The notes under the pieces were generated by a model. It made no database searches, was not told the origin of the DNA, and worked only from the letters and a program-made list of their open reading frames with translations. A stretch of 64,000 bases of DNA from Octopus vulgaris (Eukaryota). The stretch spans positions 44,268,001 through 44,332,000 of the forward strand of contig OX597830.1 in assembly GCA_951406725.2 (NCBI GenBank), read 5' to 3'. Shown one piece after another: positions 38,071 to 50,901 of the stretch; position 1 is the stretch's first letter; each line of letters opens with the position of its first letter. The translations under genes were made by a program, and so were the position numbers.

Positions 38071-39653
38071 AATCCATAAATCCATAAAGGCCTTGTATTA
38101 ATTTAACTTTGTCATTTTACATTCAGTTCCCCTTGGAGTTATTTTTTGGTCATATAAAACAGAATCTCAATAAACATTCAAAGCAGTTCAAATATACAGA
38201 AAAATTATTATCTCTGAATCTCTTAATGAGAAACATTCAGTAACAATACTCTAGAGTAAAGATTATTTGCCAGCATAATGTGGTAGTCCTGGTTAGGATG
38301 AATGTTACTGTTATTTAGCCCCAGGAAACATCATCTGTGTCCTTGTATTTTCGAACAAGGGGGTTTAGCATCCCTACTCAGCACAAAGCAATATCTGTAT
38401 ACCCCAGTTTCTGGGTTATTTCTCTTTGTCAGTATAGAAGAACTGCTTGGCTAGAGATGGCACTGCTAAATTCGTGTTTGTGACATATTTGACTTGTAAA
38501 AATGGCAGTTTTCATTGTAGTTTGCTGTGGAGAAAAAAATTCTTGCTTTAGGTAAAAAAAAGGTGTTAAAAACACTAGCAGTCACTTCATGGCAACTTCT
38601 GGCAGAATAATGAATGCATTTCAAGTTATTTGGCTATCACCAGCATTGTGTATTGCAAAAGAGAGACCACCCTGAAAATCAGTATCAAAGCATTAACTGA
38701 TTATGTGTGACACAGGCCAGGCTGGAGCCAAAGGCTGTTGTTGGCAAATGAAAGCAGTGTAACATTGGTTGAAATGTCTGTAACAGTTCTCTGCCAAAAC
38801 TGGCTTTAACCCATGCCAGCATGGACAACGGATGCTAAATGATGATGATGTTGATGATGTGCCAAGAACAAAAAAATAATTATTAGGTGCAGGTATGGCT
38901 GTGTGGTAAGATGCTTGCTTACCAACTACATGGTTCGAGGTTCAGTCCCACTGCATGGCACCTTGGATCAGTGTCTTCCACAATAGTCTCAGGTCAACCA
39001 AAGCCTTGTGAGTGGATTTGGTAGGGAAAAACTGAAAGAAGCCTATTGTTATATGTGTATTTGTGTGTGTTTCTCACTCACCACTTGACAACCAGTGTTG
39101 GTGTACTTACATCACCATAACTTAGTGGTTCAGCAAAAAAGACCAATAGAATAAGTACCAGGTTTAAAGAAAAAATAAAAAGTATTGGGGGTTGATTCAT
39201 TTGACTAAAAATTCTTGAAAACAATGCTCCAGTATGGTCACAGTCTAATGACAGAAACAAGAGCACTCAGAGAGTGCAAACCTCTGCCAAGGCAACACCA
39301 ACATCCTCTCAAAGATTAGCCAGAGATGATTTTTAAAATGAGAATATCTGAAATATACTTGATTGCTCTCACAAACGAGAATACTAAAAATGAACCTGAC
39401 CGCTCTAAAAAATTAAGTAAAAAAAAAAACGGAAAATTATCCAGAATCCATGTCTGGTACCAGATCGATCCCCAAATCTAATCAGTTTGTGCCAGTCATG
39501 AGGCCAAACATCCCTGGAAGTTTCATCTGAATCCATCCAGCAGTTCTTGAGATATTTTGTCCATGGACAAACGAACAAACAAACAACTGAAAGATAAAAG
39601 TAACAAATAAAAGATAAAAGACAAAATATAGTTCTTGTAACAATCTAACTTAC

Positions 39654-39742
39654 CATTCCTTCTTTCCAAAACAGAAATGCCATTTCTTGCCGGTTTAAAA
39701 GAACTGACCATAGAAACAATTCATTTGCAGGATAATTGAAGT
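39654..39742 (-). CDS. TRPM: TRPM exon: FNYPANELFLWSVLLNRQEMAFLFWKEGM
   Basis: Splice sites tttcag|...|gtaagt; 89 nt, phase 1 to 0; MHR4 motif. Confidence 0.94.
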
Positions 39743-39760
39743 CTGAAATAAAAAAAATTA

Positions 39761-40504
39761 TCATCATCAATATCTATAAAACTGAAATGCGAAAAAGTTG
39801 TTTGATTTCTTGGTTGTTTGTCTGATTTTGGGATGGGAACGGTTTAAGGGGCGGTAGATGGGGTCAGATTGGCGCCAAATTTTACACTGGGGGGTAAAAT
39901 GGGGTGGGCAATAGTGTGAGGAGAGTTGCAAGTCGCTCGGGGCAACCGTTTGGTTGCCATGGTGAGGAATATGGGAAAAATTGAGTTTTATGGGATAGAC
40001 AGGTTGCGCTGTTTGAATAATGGTGGCTTTTCGTGTTACTGCAGGGACTAGAGGCGGTTATCTTTCATTGTAAGTGTAAAAATTTGGGGAGTTTTGGAAA
40101 GTGGGGTAAAAGTTTTCAACTTTTAAAAAGAGTACATTTTTGCCCTATTTTTAGATTTAATATTTTTCTTTTTGCATTATTTGTTTGACATGGGTAAAAA
40201 TGGCATTGTGTTAAAGGCCAAAATTTTAGCTTTCATTTGCATCATGAACCGTCAAAATATACCAGAAAAAAGTATCAAATTTCACAAAATTTTAAGTAAT
40301 TTTGAGTTATTTTTGTGATTTTACGTGCACGCGTAAGTGAAAGTGAGGGAGTCCGAGGGAAAGGAAGAGTAAGAGAGTGGGAAAGTGAGAGAGAAAGGAG
40401 AGAGAAACAAAGAGGGAGAATGTAGCGATAAGAAACAGAAAGGAAGCAACAGAAAGTAACAACCACACCCTCACCCGTGCATAGAGCGGGTCACCTTAAG
40501 CTAG
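39761..40504 (+). mobile_element. Helitron-like non-autonomous element
   Basis: 5' TC...atctataaaact start; 3' GC-rich hairpin cccgtgcatagagcggg followed by CTAG|T. The 5' boundary is approximate. Confidence 0.6.
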
Positions 40505-41039
40505 TCCCATTGTAAATTGAAATTCCATAGAAAAGTGAGGGAGAATTGAACATCTTAATGTTTTGCTGATTCTATTCATATTTTTCAGAAATGACTATTT
40601 TCTAGAATTTTCTACAACCCTGCCCCCACCACCAAAAAAAAAAAAAGACTAACATGCATGAGTGGCAGTGTGGTAAGAAACTTGTTTCCCAACCGTATGG
40701 GCCTGGGTTCAGTCCCACAGTGTGGTACCTTGGGCAAGTGTCTTCTACTATAGCCTTGGGCCAACCAAAGCATTGTGATAGGATTTGGTATAGGGAAACT
40801 GAAAGAAGCCTGTCGTGTGTGTGCATATATATATATACACATATACATAAATAAATGTAAGAACTTACTGCGGACAAGGTTGCTTGGCATTCAATTATAA
40901 GTAAATAAGAAATACACATTAAGTACAGGACAAAATACCAAAAAGTACACAATAAGAACAGGACTTCAACAACGAGTGAAAAATATGTAAACGAGAGACA
41001 AGTATGAGACAAAATACTAAAAAAGTCTAACTCCTCTGC

Positions 41040-41084
<45 letters not shown>

Positions 41085-41436
41085 CCTATCTACTGGAAGC
41101 ACAAGGCCTCAAATTTGGGGGAAAGGATTAAGTCAGCCCCAGTGTGTAACTGGTACTTATCTAATCAACCCCGAAAGGATGAAAGGCAAAGTCAACCCTT
41201 GTGGAATTTGAACTCAGGACGTAACAACAGACAAAATACCTCTAAATATTTTTGCTGGCATGCTAACGATTCTGCCAGCTCACCCTGATGCAGTACCATG
41301 CAGTGGCTCTCATGGCTTTTGAACTTAACTGATTGGAAGTGTTATCATGTACATTGTTTTGTCTTGGTATAAAAGATGGGCTACAGCAAATATTCTGCTC
41401 AACACCACATTGATGGCATACGTTGTTCTCTCACTC

Positions 41437-41471
<35 letters not shown>

Positions 41472-41549
41472 TGATTTCATTTATTTTCCAAAAGAGCAAA
41501 GGATGAGGGTGACAATACAGAGCCAGACATAATGTGTGGGGGTTTGCTT

Positions 41550-41930
41550 ACTTATCGACTCATCATGCCTGTTTGATTCCAGGATTGTAAAGACAGGGGA
41601 AAGAAAAAAAGATAAAATCCTTTAAAATTTGAAAGAATTTGGAGGAATTTAAAGCATGCAAACAGTACGAGTCATGTCTATAATAATTGGTGCTTTGGGA
41701 AGAGTAAACAATGATATAGATAAATGGCTGAAGGAGATTACAACGGAATGCTCAGTAGAGTTCCTACAGAAAGTTTGTCTCTTAGGGACAGTAAGGATTA
41801 TCAGGAGGGTTCTAAGTACTTGAAAGACTGCTGAAAACTTGTGGATACCTAAGGTTACCCATTACCCATATAAATCCTACCTGGAATAAGACCAAATCTG
41901 AGGCAAACCAAAATAATAATAATAACAACA
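41550..41930 (+). mobile_element. R4/Dong-like (RLE-type) non-LTR retrotransposon 3' fragment between (AAT)n tracts
   Basis: Translates IIIGALGRV...WL...LQKVCLLGTVRIIRRVLST*, the typical C-terminus; (TAA)n context as known for Dong elements. Confidence 0.75.
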
Positions 41931-41932
41931 AC

Positions 41933-42029
41933 CTGGGCTGTTTGTTTCATAACTGTACTCAAAATAGTCGTCGTCCATCAGGAAATTGATGAGCTGAGCA
42001 ACATCATTCAGGTCGAGAGATTCTTTTTC
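41933..42029 (-). CDS. TRPM: TRPM exon: EKESLDLNDVAQLINFLMDDDYFEYSYETNSP(D)
   Basis: Strong acceptor ttttgtttcag; weak donor cag|gttgtt. 97 nt, supplying the required phase 0 to 1 step; resembles the LxxVGxxIxxLM segment. Confidence 0.8.
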
Positions 42030-42111
42030 CTGAAACAAAACAGAATTTTGTACTTAAAACCTTGTAAATCAAGATTTCAAGGAGATATGTTATATATATG
42101 ATTAACTACTA

Positions 42112-42630
42112 TTGAACCCTGCAGAACTGAGAAAAACATTGCAGATGTGCGTGCAGCTGTGGAGGGTAAATCATCAAATCACCATCTGTGAGTTATCAGA
42201 GGATGTGCAGATTAGTTACAGTTCAGTTCAGTCCATTATCGCAGAAGATTTGGGTATAAAACACATGTCTGCCAAGTTTGTGCCAAAACTGTTTTCAGCT
42301 GACCAAAAAGACACTTGGGTTTCAGTTGTACAAGATCTCCCCGATTGTGTTGAGAATGATGCATACTTTTTGAAAACTTTGTGTAGACCTCTGAGCAGGT
42401 ATCGACAAGCTTTAGGCAAAATTTGATGCAGGTTCTCTGTTCAACTTTCTCTGTTATGGTCGTTGTGACAATCACATGCTACACACTTTCCTTCCAAGCA
42501 TTGCTGTAAACAGCAGAAGTAAGCTAGAATGTTAAAATTTAGTGTGCATGCACAGCAGAGTTCAAGGTCAATCTGTGTCAAGTGACTTCACTCTGCATGC
42601 TTTAGATTCATTACTATAGAAAGTCAGGAT
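42112..42630. mobile_element. Rearranged mariner remnant (two pieces in opposite orientation)
   Basis: The plus strand carries an HTH/AKFVPKL segment; the minus strand carries the N-terminal EQRTCIKFC segment. Confidence 0.7.
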
Positions 42631-43203
42631 ACATAACCACGTATATATCGTCATTATTTAATGCTCACTTTCCATGCTGGTATGGCCATGCTGGAGTATC
42701 CCTGGACTTATTCTTTGTAAGCCTGATACTTGTTTCAGTCATTTTGACTACAGCCATGCTAGAGCACCACCTTTAGTTGAACAAATCGACCCCAGGGCTT
42801 ATTCTTTTGTAAGCCTAGTACTTATTCTAGCAGTCTCTTTTGCTGAACTGCTAAGTTATGGGGATGTAAACACACCAGCTTTGGTTGTCAGGCAATGATA
42901 GGGTGACAAACACAGACACACAAACACACACACACACATATATATAAAACAGGCTTCTTTCAGTTCCCATCTACCAAATCCACTCACAAAACTTTGGTTA
43001 GCCTGAGGCTATAGTAGAAGACACATGCCCAAGGCGCCACACAGTGGGACTGAACCTGAAACTATGTGGTAGGTAAGCAAGCTACTTATCACACAGCCAC
43101 ACCGGTGCCTATACATATATATATATATATACTACACACACACACACACGCACACATGTGCGTATATATTATATAGATTAAAAGAAAGGATTCTTGATAT
43201 TAC

Positions 43204-43254
43204 CTTCTTGGTGGCTAATTCAAACAGACTGTATAACCAGGAGTTTTTGGGAAT
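43204..43254 (-). CDS. TRPM: TRPM exon: IPKNSWLYSLFELATKK
   Basis: Pyrimidine-rich acceptor ttcaag|...|gtaata; 51 nt, phase 0 to 0; fits the position after ELYN. Confidence 0.8.
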
Positions 43255-43689
43255 CTTGAAGAGAAATGGAAAAATGAAAATTATTATATTAAGATCTGAT
43301 AGAGGGGAAAACATAATAATCTTTTATTCTTTTATTTGTTCATTGGTGACAAATACGACACAAACATAATGACACACACATGGATAGATTGACAGGTAGA
43401 CAGACAGACAGATAGATATATAGACAGAGAGACAGACAGACAGATAGATAGATAGACAGAGAGACAGACAGACAGATAGATAGATAGATAGATAGATACA
43501 TACATACATACCGTTTTATAGTAGGGTTGCAATTGCAATGATTACTAATCAGAGCAATTTTTGACTTATATATATCATCTGATGACAAATTTTAATTAAT
43601 GGCCAATGTACATTATTCCATTGCATTTTAAACTCATCATGCACAGGTGTAGAATAAAAATCCTCTTTAGTTTTGGAGAGATAGCCAGC

Positions 43690-45112
43690 TCTATGCTCTC
43701 ATTCATTCACATCATCTAACTGTTGAATAGGTGCAATGGTGAGGTACAGCCCATCACTGCAAACTGTTTGAGCACTGGATAACTAAAGTGTCTCATGATA
43801 GTCTCTAGCTGCATCAAGTTAAAGGTCTTCCCATTGAGAGATTCTTCAGATGGTTCCTCCCAAACAGTGGATTAAAGATCTTGAGAAGAGGACGGTAGTA
43901 TTACAGAACCTATTCAAGGTCGCATGGTGCCATCACCCTCTTCAACAAGATTGTGATAGAGAAAGAGTTGGCAGACTACCTGCCAACTATAAAATTTATT
44001 TCACGAGGGACCAAATTTGCAACAATCTGGTCGCTGTTTGGAACCCCGAGGAAGCTGGCAGATTTGCTAGTGAGCCCCTTGAGGGGCAAGAAATTTTGTT
44101 CCTCCCCACTTATTGTGGGAGGAGGGTGATAAAAGCCTGGGTATGTGGGCTACCTCCAGGCACAGAAGCAGGATGGATTGGTGATGTCATCTGGCAGGGT
44201 CTGGGGGATAGCAGGCCCAGGCTCTTAAATGTGAGAATGATGCCAGTGGTTGACTGGGAGGGATCAAAAGCAATTTTGACCTTATGGACTCCACACCCCC
44301 ACCCCGTGGCGGGGGAGATGGTGGAAGTTGTGACGGAAGTTGCCTCCATGAAGAGAAAAAGAAAGGTGAACAACAATGGTTGCTCACCAAATAATGTGCA
44401 GGCAGCACAGGATGCGGAGGGAGATAGTGTCTCCCCGAACCCACTGACACAGGTTCCTGTGCCTGCAACCTCAATGAGAAAGAGGAGAAGGGGGAGCAGG
44501 GTACAGTCAGTGGATGGCCCTTTGCTGCCTATTGAAGTGCTGGTGGGATGTGTGCCGCCAGTGCACGAGGCTCTGTCAGTGGGAGTTGTGCCACTGACAG
44601 AGCAGACAGAGAGCCCCCTTGAAGAGGAGGAGGATTTTATCCTCCTTTACCTCGAGGAGGGGGGGGACCTGTCGATGAATACTTGGGCGACCAAGAACTG
44701 GTGTTCTCAGCGTGCTCAAGCAGTCCAAGGTGGCCCCCGCAGGTAACTGCGGAGGTGGTGAGTTATAAATTGTGGCACTGTGTGACACAAACATTTGATA
44801 AAAGGCACTTCACCTTCTTCCTTCTGAACTCCTGGCTGTCAATGTGGTCTGCTCTGCAGGCGGCTAGATATTTGACTGGGGGTCCGGAAGGAGGAGGAAG
44901 GGAAAAGTGATAGTGTGTTTTTGATGTTTGATTAACTTTTTGATTTTTATGTAAGAAAAGAACCTGTGATTTCGAAGGGTGTTTGGTCTGTAGGTGCTGA
45001 ATACCCTTCCCATTTACATCATTCATATTTGTCATTTTCATCTCATTAATGTATATGTCCAGCCCGCATTGATTCTCTGTAAGGCCTTCACGGTCAATTT
45101 GATAAAATAAAG
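43690..45112 (+). mobile_element. Probable internally deleted non-LTR element (Tx1/L1-like) with an ORF1-like 298-aa frame at 43850-44746
   Basis: GC-richer block with a long ORF carrying basic NLS-like patches and a 3' end with AATAAA. The family assignment is inference. Confidence 0.45.
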
Positions 45113-45756
45113 AAGTTTGCTTCCCAGCCACACAATTCTGGGTTCAGTCCCACTGCATGACACCTTGGGCAAGTGTCTTCTACTATAACCTTGGGCCAAC
45201 CAAAGCACATGGTTATAGTAGAGTGGAAAGAAGCCTGTCATATATGTATGTGTGTGTGTGTTTGAGACTGTGTTTGTCTCCCAGCACCACTTTACAATCA
45301 GTATAGGTGTGTTTTTATCCTTGTGACTTAGCAGCTCGGTAAAAGAAACCAATAGAATAAGTGCCAGGCTTTAAAGAAAAAAGAACTGGGGTGGAATCGT
45401 TCGACCAAAATCCTTCAAAGTGGTGCCCCAGGTTGGCTGCAATCTAATAATAGAGGCAATTAAAGGACAAAAGCAAAATGATGAAAGATGCTGTCCCTCC
45501 AGCTCCCACTGGAAATTTTTCTTTATATTATTTCGTGTTCCAGAGGTAAAAGGTCAAATGAATAAAGAAGATAGCTACTTGTTAGGAGGTCAAGAGTTCA
45601 AACCGAGTGCACCCCTCAATCTAAATAACTGATACAAGACAGAGATTTATCTCCCAACTGAGTAAAGTTAAGAAACTAGAATTTCGCAAATTAGATCATA
45701 AGAAAGTTCTTCAGGTCTCAGGAAATATTCAGACAGAGATGTTAAACTTTACTTAC

Positions 45757-45891
45757 CCTGTTATATAATTCTTTAAGACAGTCTCTGGTTAAGAATTTCT
45801 TCAAAGTAACTCCATATTCCATGAAAAGTTTGACAAAGTCAACACGATCTTCATGGAGGGCAAATGACATAAGATTATCCAATGAGCCAGT
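45757..45891 (-). CDS. TRPM: TRPM exon: [45 protein letters not shown]
   Basis: Splice sites tctcag|...|gtaagt; 135 nt, phase 0 to 0; DRVDFVKLF...FLT...LxELY motif. Confidence 0.94.
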
Positions 45892-46813
45892 CTGAGAAGG
45901 AAGAATAAAACAGTAAATTTGATGGTTGTAATTATGAGGAGTGTTCTAGGAGTCATACGTATGGATCTTCTTTTGTTTGTGTACTTGGATGTACAGCGAA
46001 ATATTTATTTCTGTATGTTCTTGTTTTACTTAACATTACTGTAATATTAAGTATAGCAAAGTATAAGTGGACATTAATGTTCATTTACAGAGATTAATGT
46101 ACGTTGAAGAGTGAATAGTGTTTGTTCATCAATTTGTTGTATGATATCTGAGCACTGGTGATGGTGCCACATAAAAAGCACTGGTGATTGTGCCACATAA
46201 AAAGCTGTGGTGATGATGTCATGTAAAAAGCACTGGAGATGGTGTCACATAAGATGCACTGGTGCTGGTGCCATGTAAAAAGCACTGGCAGTGGTGCCAC
46301 TTAAAAAGCACCTGGAAGAGTGTCCAGCTATATAAAAAACAAAACCCAAGCCAAAACAAACTATGGAACCTTGTGTGGCTCCTGGCTTTGCCAGCTCCTG
46401 TCAAAGTGTCCAACCCATGCCAGCATGGAAAACGTTAAGTAACGATCATCCTAATATCTAAGTTATATGGTTTTAGCCTCTTACCAGTCACGGCTGGCTG
46501 ATTGGATGGTACAGGGAACAACCAGCTACAAAAATGATAGTGATATCTGTGACCAGGACATCTTAGTGTCAAATGGCATTGTCCACCTTGCTGGAAATGG
46601 GTACAACAGGAGAGGAACATTTCTCATTCTAAGCAGTATTGATATAATGAGTGATTCAATAGTTTGCCGAGTTTAACTCTTTCTGGGGTGGAATGGGGGA
46701 AAGAATAGAGCTGTACTCCATCCAGGTGAGCTATTGTCTCACATCTACTTATCGTCACAAAACCCAAAGATAAGCTACAGGCCAGGACAATCAATGTGAT
46801 TTGTGTTTTAAGA

Positions 46814-47192
46814 CAGACATGGCCAACCTATGGCTTGCAGGATTTTCTGTTTGGCATGCCTAATGAAACAAACAATTACCTTTAACCCTTTCGTTACCAT
46901 ATTTCTGTTGAGATGCTCTGTATTTCTTTTAACTAATTTTAAATATAATAAAGAATTTAGTAAAAATAGCTTAGTTATCATTAAGCTAGTGTTAGGAGCA
47001 TAAATTGTGACTTAAGTTTGGTGGAAGATTTTAATTAAAAACTTATGAAAACAAGACATTTGTACTACAGAGCCAGAACTGGTTTCAGCCATGTTGGTAT
47101 TAAAAGGGTTAAAATTTTTATTTGTGCAGCCAGCCTCATAACAAGTCATGTTACATTTGACCTGCTTCTTAAAAACAGGTTGCCCACATCTG
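46814..47192. mobile_element. hAT MITE with perfect 8-bp TSD (TTTTAAGA)
   Basis: TIRs CAGACATGGCCAACCT / AGGTTGCCCACATCTG. Confidence 0.85.
46886..47108. mobile_element. piggyBac-type MITE (TTAA TSD); sister copies at 24928-25140 and 59788-60005
   Basis: TTAA|CCCTTT...AAAGGG|TTAA; shared internal sequence aattaaaatcttccaccaaac. Confidence 0.85.
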
Positions 47193-47518
47193 TTTTAAGA
47201 AACTGTTAAGAGTGGAAGAAAGGGAGAAAGTGAAAGATGGATGGGTGGGGGGATTAAGGCAGAAAGAGATTTGTAGAAGAATGCAAACTACTGGCTTTAA
47301 ATATCGACACAAGGCCAGCAATTTCGGGGTGGGGTGGGGGGAATAAGTCGATTACACTGACCCCCAGTAATCAATAATTATTTCATCACTTGTGAAAGAA
47401 TGAAAGGCAAAGTTGACCTCAACAATATTTGAACTCAGAATGTAAAGACAGATGAAATGCTGTTAAGCATTTTGCTCAGCTTGCTCATTATTCTGCCAGC
47501 TCAGCACAAATAATTAAA

Positions 47519-47600
47519 ATGAAAATGGCTGAGTGGTCTAAGGCACTGGTTTAAAGCACCAGTCTGTTTGGAGGCATGAGTTCAAATCCCACTGCTGCCA
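47519..47600 (+). pseudogene. tRNA-Leu (AAG-derived) pseudogene
   Basis: Matches the tRNA-Leu layout (TGGCTGAGTGGTCTAAGGCACTGGTTTAAAGCACCAGT...GTTCAAATCCCACTGCTGCCA). The 5' acceptor strand is lost, the anticodon reads AAA and the CpGs have decayed. Confidence 0.85.
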
Positions 47601-48082
47601 TTTAGTATTTTGTAAAGGCACATGGCTCAGTGGTTAGAGCATCGAGCTTACAATCATAAGGTAGTAAGTTCAATTCCCTGACTGGGTTGTGTTCTTGAGC
47701 AAGACACTTTATTTTATGTTGCTCCAGTTAACTCAGCTGTAGAAATGAGTTGCGATATCACTGGCGCCGAACTATATCAGTCTTTGCCTTTCCCTTTGAA
47801 TAACACTGGTGGTGTGGAGAGGGAAACCTGGTATGCATGGGCGACTGCTGGTCGTTCATAAAACAACCTTGCCTGGACTTATGCCTTAGAGAGGAACTTT
47901 CAAGTGCAATCCCATGGACATTCATGACTGAAGGGAATCTTCAGCCTTTCATAACAGAATCAGAATATATTTCTTATCAATGTAATTTCACATTATTCCT
48001 CAAAGAGAAAAAAAGAATTAAATTTAGTAACACTTCAACTTATGGTTATTAGTAAAAACAATAAACAAATATGTTGTCTTAC

Positions 48083-48180
48083 AGGCCAAAGAGTTTCATC
48101 TGTAAATATTTCACTCTTTGCAATATCACTTCTGTTCCATTCCAGTGTAAGCCTCAAATTTTCTACTTTCTTGTCATTTG
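48083..48180 (-). CDS. TRPM: TRPM exon: (A)NDKKVENLRLTLEWNRSDIAKSEIFTDETLWP
   Basis: Splice sites ttacag|...|gtaaga; 98 nt, phase 1 to 0; WNRxDIAxSEIF motif. Confidence 0.94.
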
Positions 48181-50860
48181 CTGTAATATAGATTTCATAA
48201 TAAACAAGCAGTTGATAAAAAGCTGTCTTTATTTTACTGAATCAAAATATATTTATTTATTTCACATATTTTTGCATTACAATTTGTGAATAAAGGCATT
48301 GTTGGTTAAAGGTTTTCGACAGGGCAATTACTGGTTCAGAACATTTTCCATGACAACAGTGATAAGGGAGTGTTTAAATAACTTGATGCAGAACAAATAA
48401 CAGGGGACTTCATTTTGAAGAGCATTAATTTTTCAATTTTCTGCGTGATTTTTACATACTCAATGCACATCAGTGATAGATACGACCCTCCCACCGCCAC
48501 CACACTATTCATTCATCTAGAGCTCAATGAAATAAATACTGGATATAAACACTTAACAATGGATTGCTCGTCTACCATCAATAAAAACAGTAACTTTTTT
48601 AATTACTGAAGACTGCTTGAATTATTAGAGTCATTTGTGCCAACATTTCCAGCTGTAACGTCTTTTAATTCTTTCTTAGCATTTTTCCAAATATGGTTAC
48701 ATTTGACTGTGTAAAAGTGAGTCAATTTATGTTGAATTATGAATGTGAATCAATTATAAGCTGAATGCAGTTGTGACTATATTTATAGTATATTTGCATA
48801 TATTAATAGGAATGTTGCTAAAGTCTACAAATCTAAAATAACTTCATCCAGTTATTCATGGTTATAATATATTCCAGATATTAGGTGGTGAGCTGGCAGA
48901 AACGTTAGCACTCCAGGCAAAATGCTTGGCAGTATTTCATCTGCCTTTATGTTCTGAGTTCAAATTCTGCCAAGGTTGACTTTCCCTTTCATCCTTTCAG
49001 GGTTGATAAATTAAGTACCAGTTGCATAATGAGGTCGATCTAATTGATTGGCCCTCTCTCCTAAAATTCTGGGTCTTTTGCGCCTCGAGTAGAAAATAAT
49101 ATATTCCAGATATTTTGAACAGCAATGTATAAAGCAACAAGCTGGCAGAATCTTTAGCATGCCAGGCAAAAATACTAAACAGCATTTTGTCTGTCTTTAC
49201 ATTCTGAGTTCAAATTCTGCCACAGTTGAGTTTGTTTCCATCTTTTTAGGGGTTGATAAAATAAGTACCAGTTGATTACTGAGGGTTGATGGAATCAACT
49301 TACTCCAACCCCTGAAATTCCTGGCCTTGTGCCAAATTTATTGTACAAAAACTGGTGGTATTCATAAATGTGTTTAAATATCTTTCAGTATTTAGTTCCA
49401 TCTCTCTTTTGAACTGAAATCCTTTTGGAGCCAAATATTGTATCCTATGAATCATAAAAGAACTAATTATATTCTTGGGTAGATCCAATCAATAGTATTC
49501 CCATCCTACTTTGTAATTTAATTTCATGTCTGATTTTGTGCTTACATAAAAGAAGATCAATATTTCGAAAAATAGATGTGTCTTCTTGATTGTAATGTTA
49601 GTACTAACACTTACAGCATTCCTAACAGAACATAGGATTACAGGATTAATGTTTTTGAATGTGAATACTCTTTCCTCTAAGTATGGGCAAATAGATTTCA
49701 TGATTACATGTGCTGCTGTGGAAAACAGATGCTATATTCAATATAGATACAGCCACTTAAACATTTGCATTCAAGTACACACACACACACAGGTTCATAA
49801 GTACTGAAACACATAAACAAGCACAATATAGTGTTGTTCTCGCTTTCCTTTAAAGCAATATTGACTATTTCTCAAATGATGGTGTGTGGTGATCCATAAT
49901 TCTGCATTGTCTCTTTTGAGGAGCCATTAACAGACAGCAGAAAGAATTTGAACATATAGGTGCAGGAGTGGCTGCATGGTAAGAAGCTTGGTTTCCAACC
50001 ACATGGTTCCTGGTTCAGTCCTACTGTGTGACACCTTGGGCAAGTGTCTTCTATTATAGTTTTGGGCCAACCAAATTAATCCCAGGACTTATTCTTTGTA
50101 AGCCTATTTATATTGGTCTCTTTTGCCAAACCACTAAATTACAGGGATGTAAACACATTAACATCAGTTGTCAAGCAATGGTGGGTGGGGGACAAACACA
50201 GACACACAAATACATACATACATATAATTATATATTGTTATATTTCGGAATGGTCATTTTGCCAGTTTAGCCAATAAAAACACACGCACTATATATTTGG
50301 TGTTATTTTGCTTCAGTGTTATTTATTTTTTTACATTAATCTTAATCTTATTTCGGCCAGAGTTCTTTCGTCACACTCCTGTGACCGCATCAGTGGTCCT
50401 TTGTTTTCTTCTTTCTTATTTGTGTCTCGCCTTACTAACCGTCAGCCATTTTGTATTTCTATTGTATGTCTTCATTTGCGCATGCTTATATCTCTATGTG
50501 CGTTTATGTTTATTTAGTGTGTGTATGTGGGGGGGGGTGCCTGTAATATTTGTATCTTCTGTTTATATATGTTCGTGTAATTTTTATGTAATTTGTATTT
50601 TGTTTTTTGTTTTTGTTTATTCTTATTTTGTTCATGTGTTTACATCCACTTATTATTATCATTACATATGCTTGTATGTATAACAACAATACTAGTAATA
50701 ATAATAATAAATTGAATCGAAAAAAAAATTATAAAAATAAATTTTTTATAGTGGGCTACATGTAGTGGGCTACATGTTACTTGTAGCACTAAGAACAACC
50801 TAACCTGACAAGCGGGCATTCATGCACACACACATGCATACATACATATGCACATGCATG

Positions 50861-50901
<41 letters not shown>

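Noticed and set aside
47519-47600. Functional tRNA with a novel AAA anticodon on a Leu body
   Set aside because: The acceptor stem is destroyed and the T-loop/B box is mutated; it is a pseudogene.
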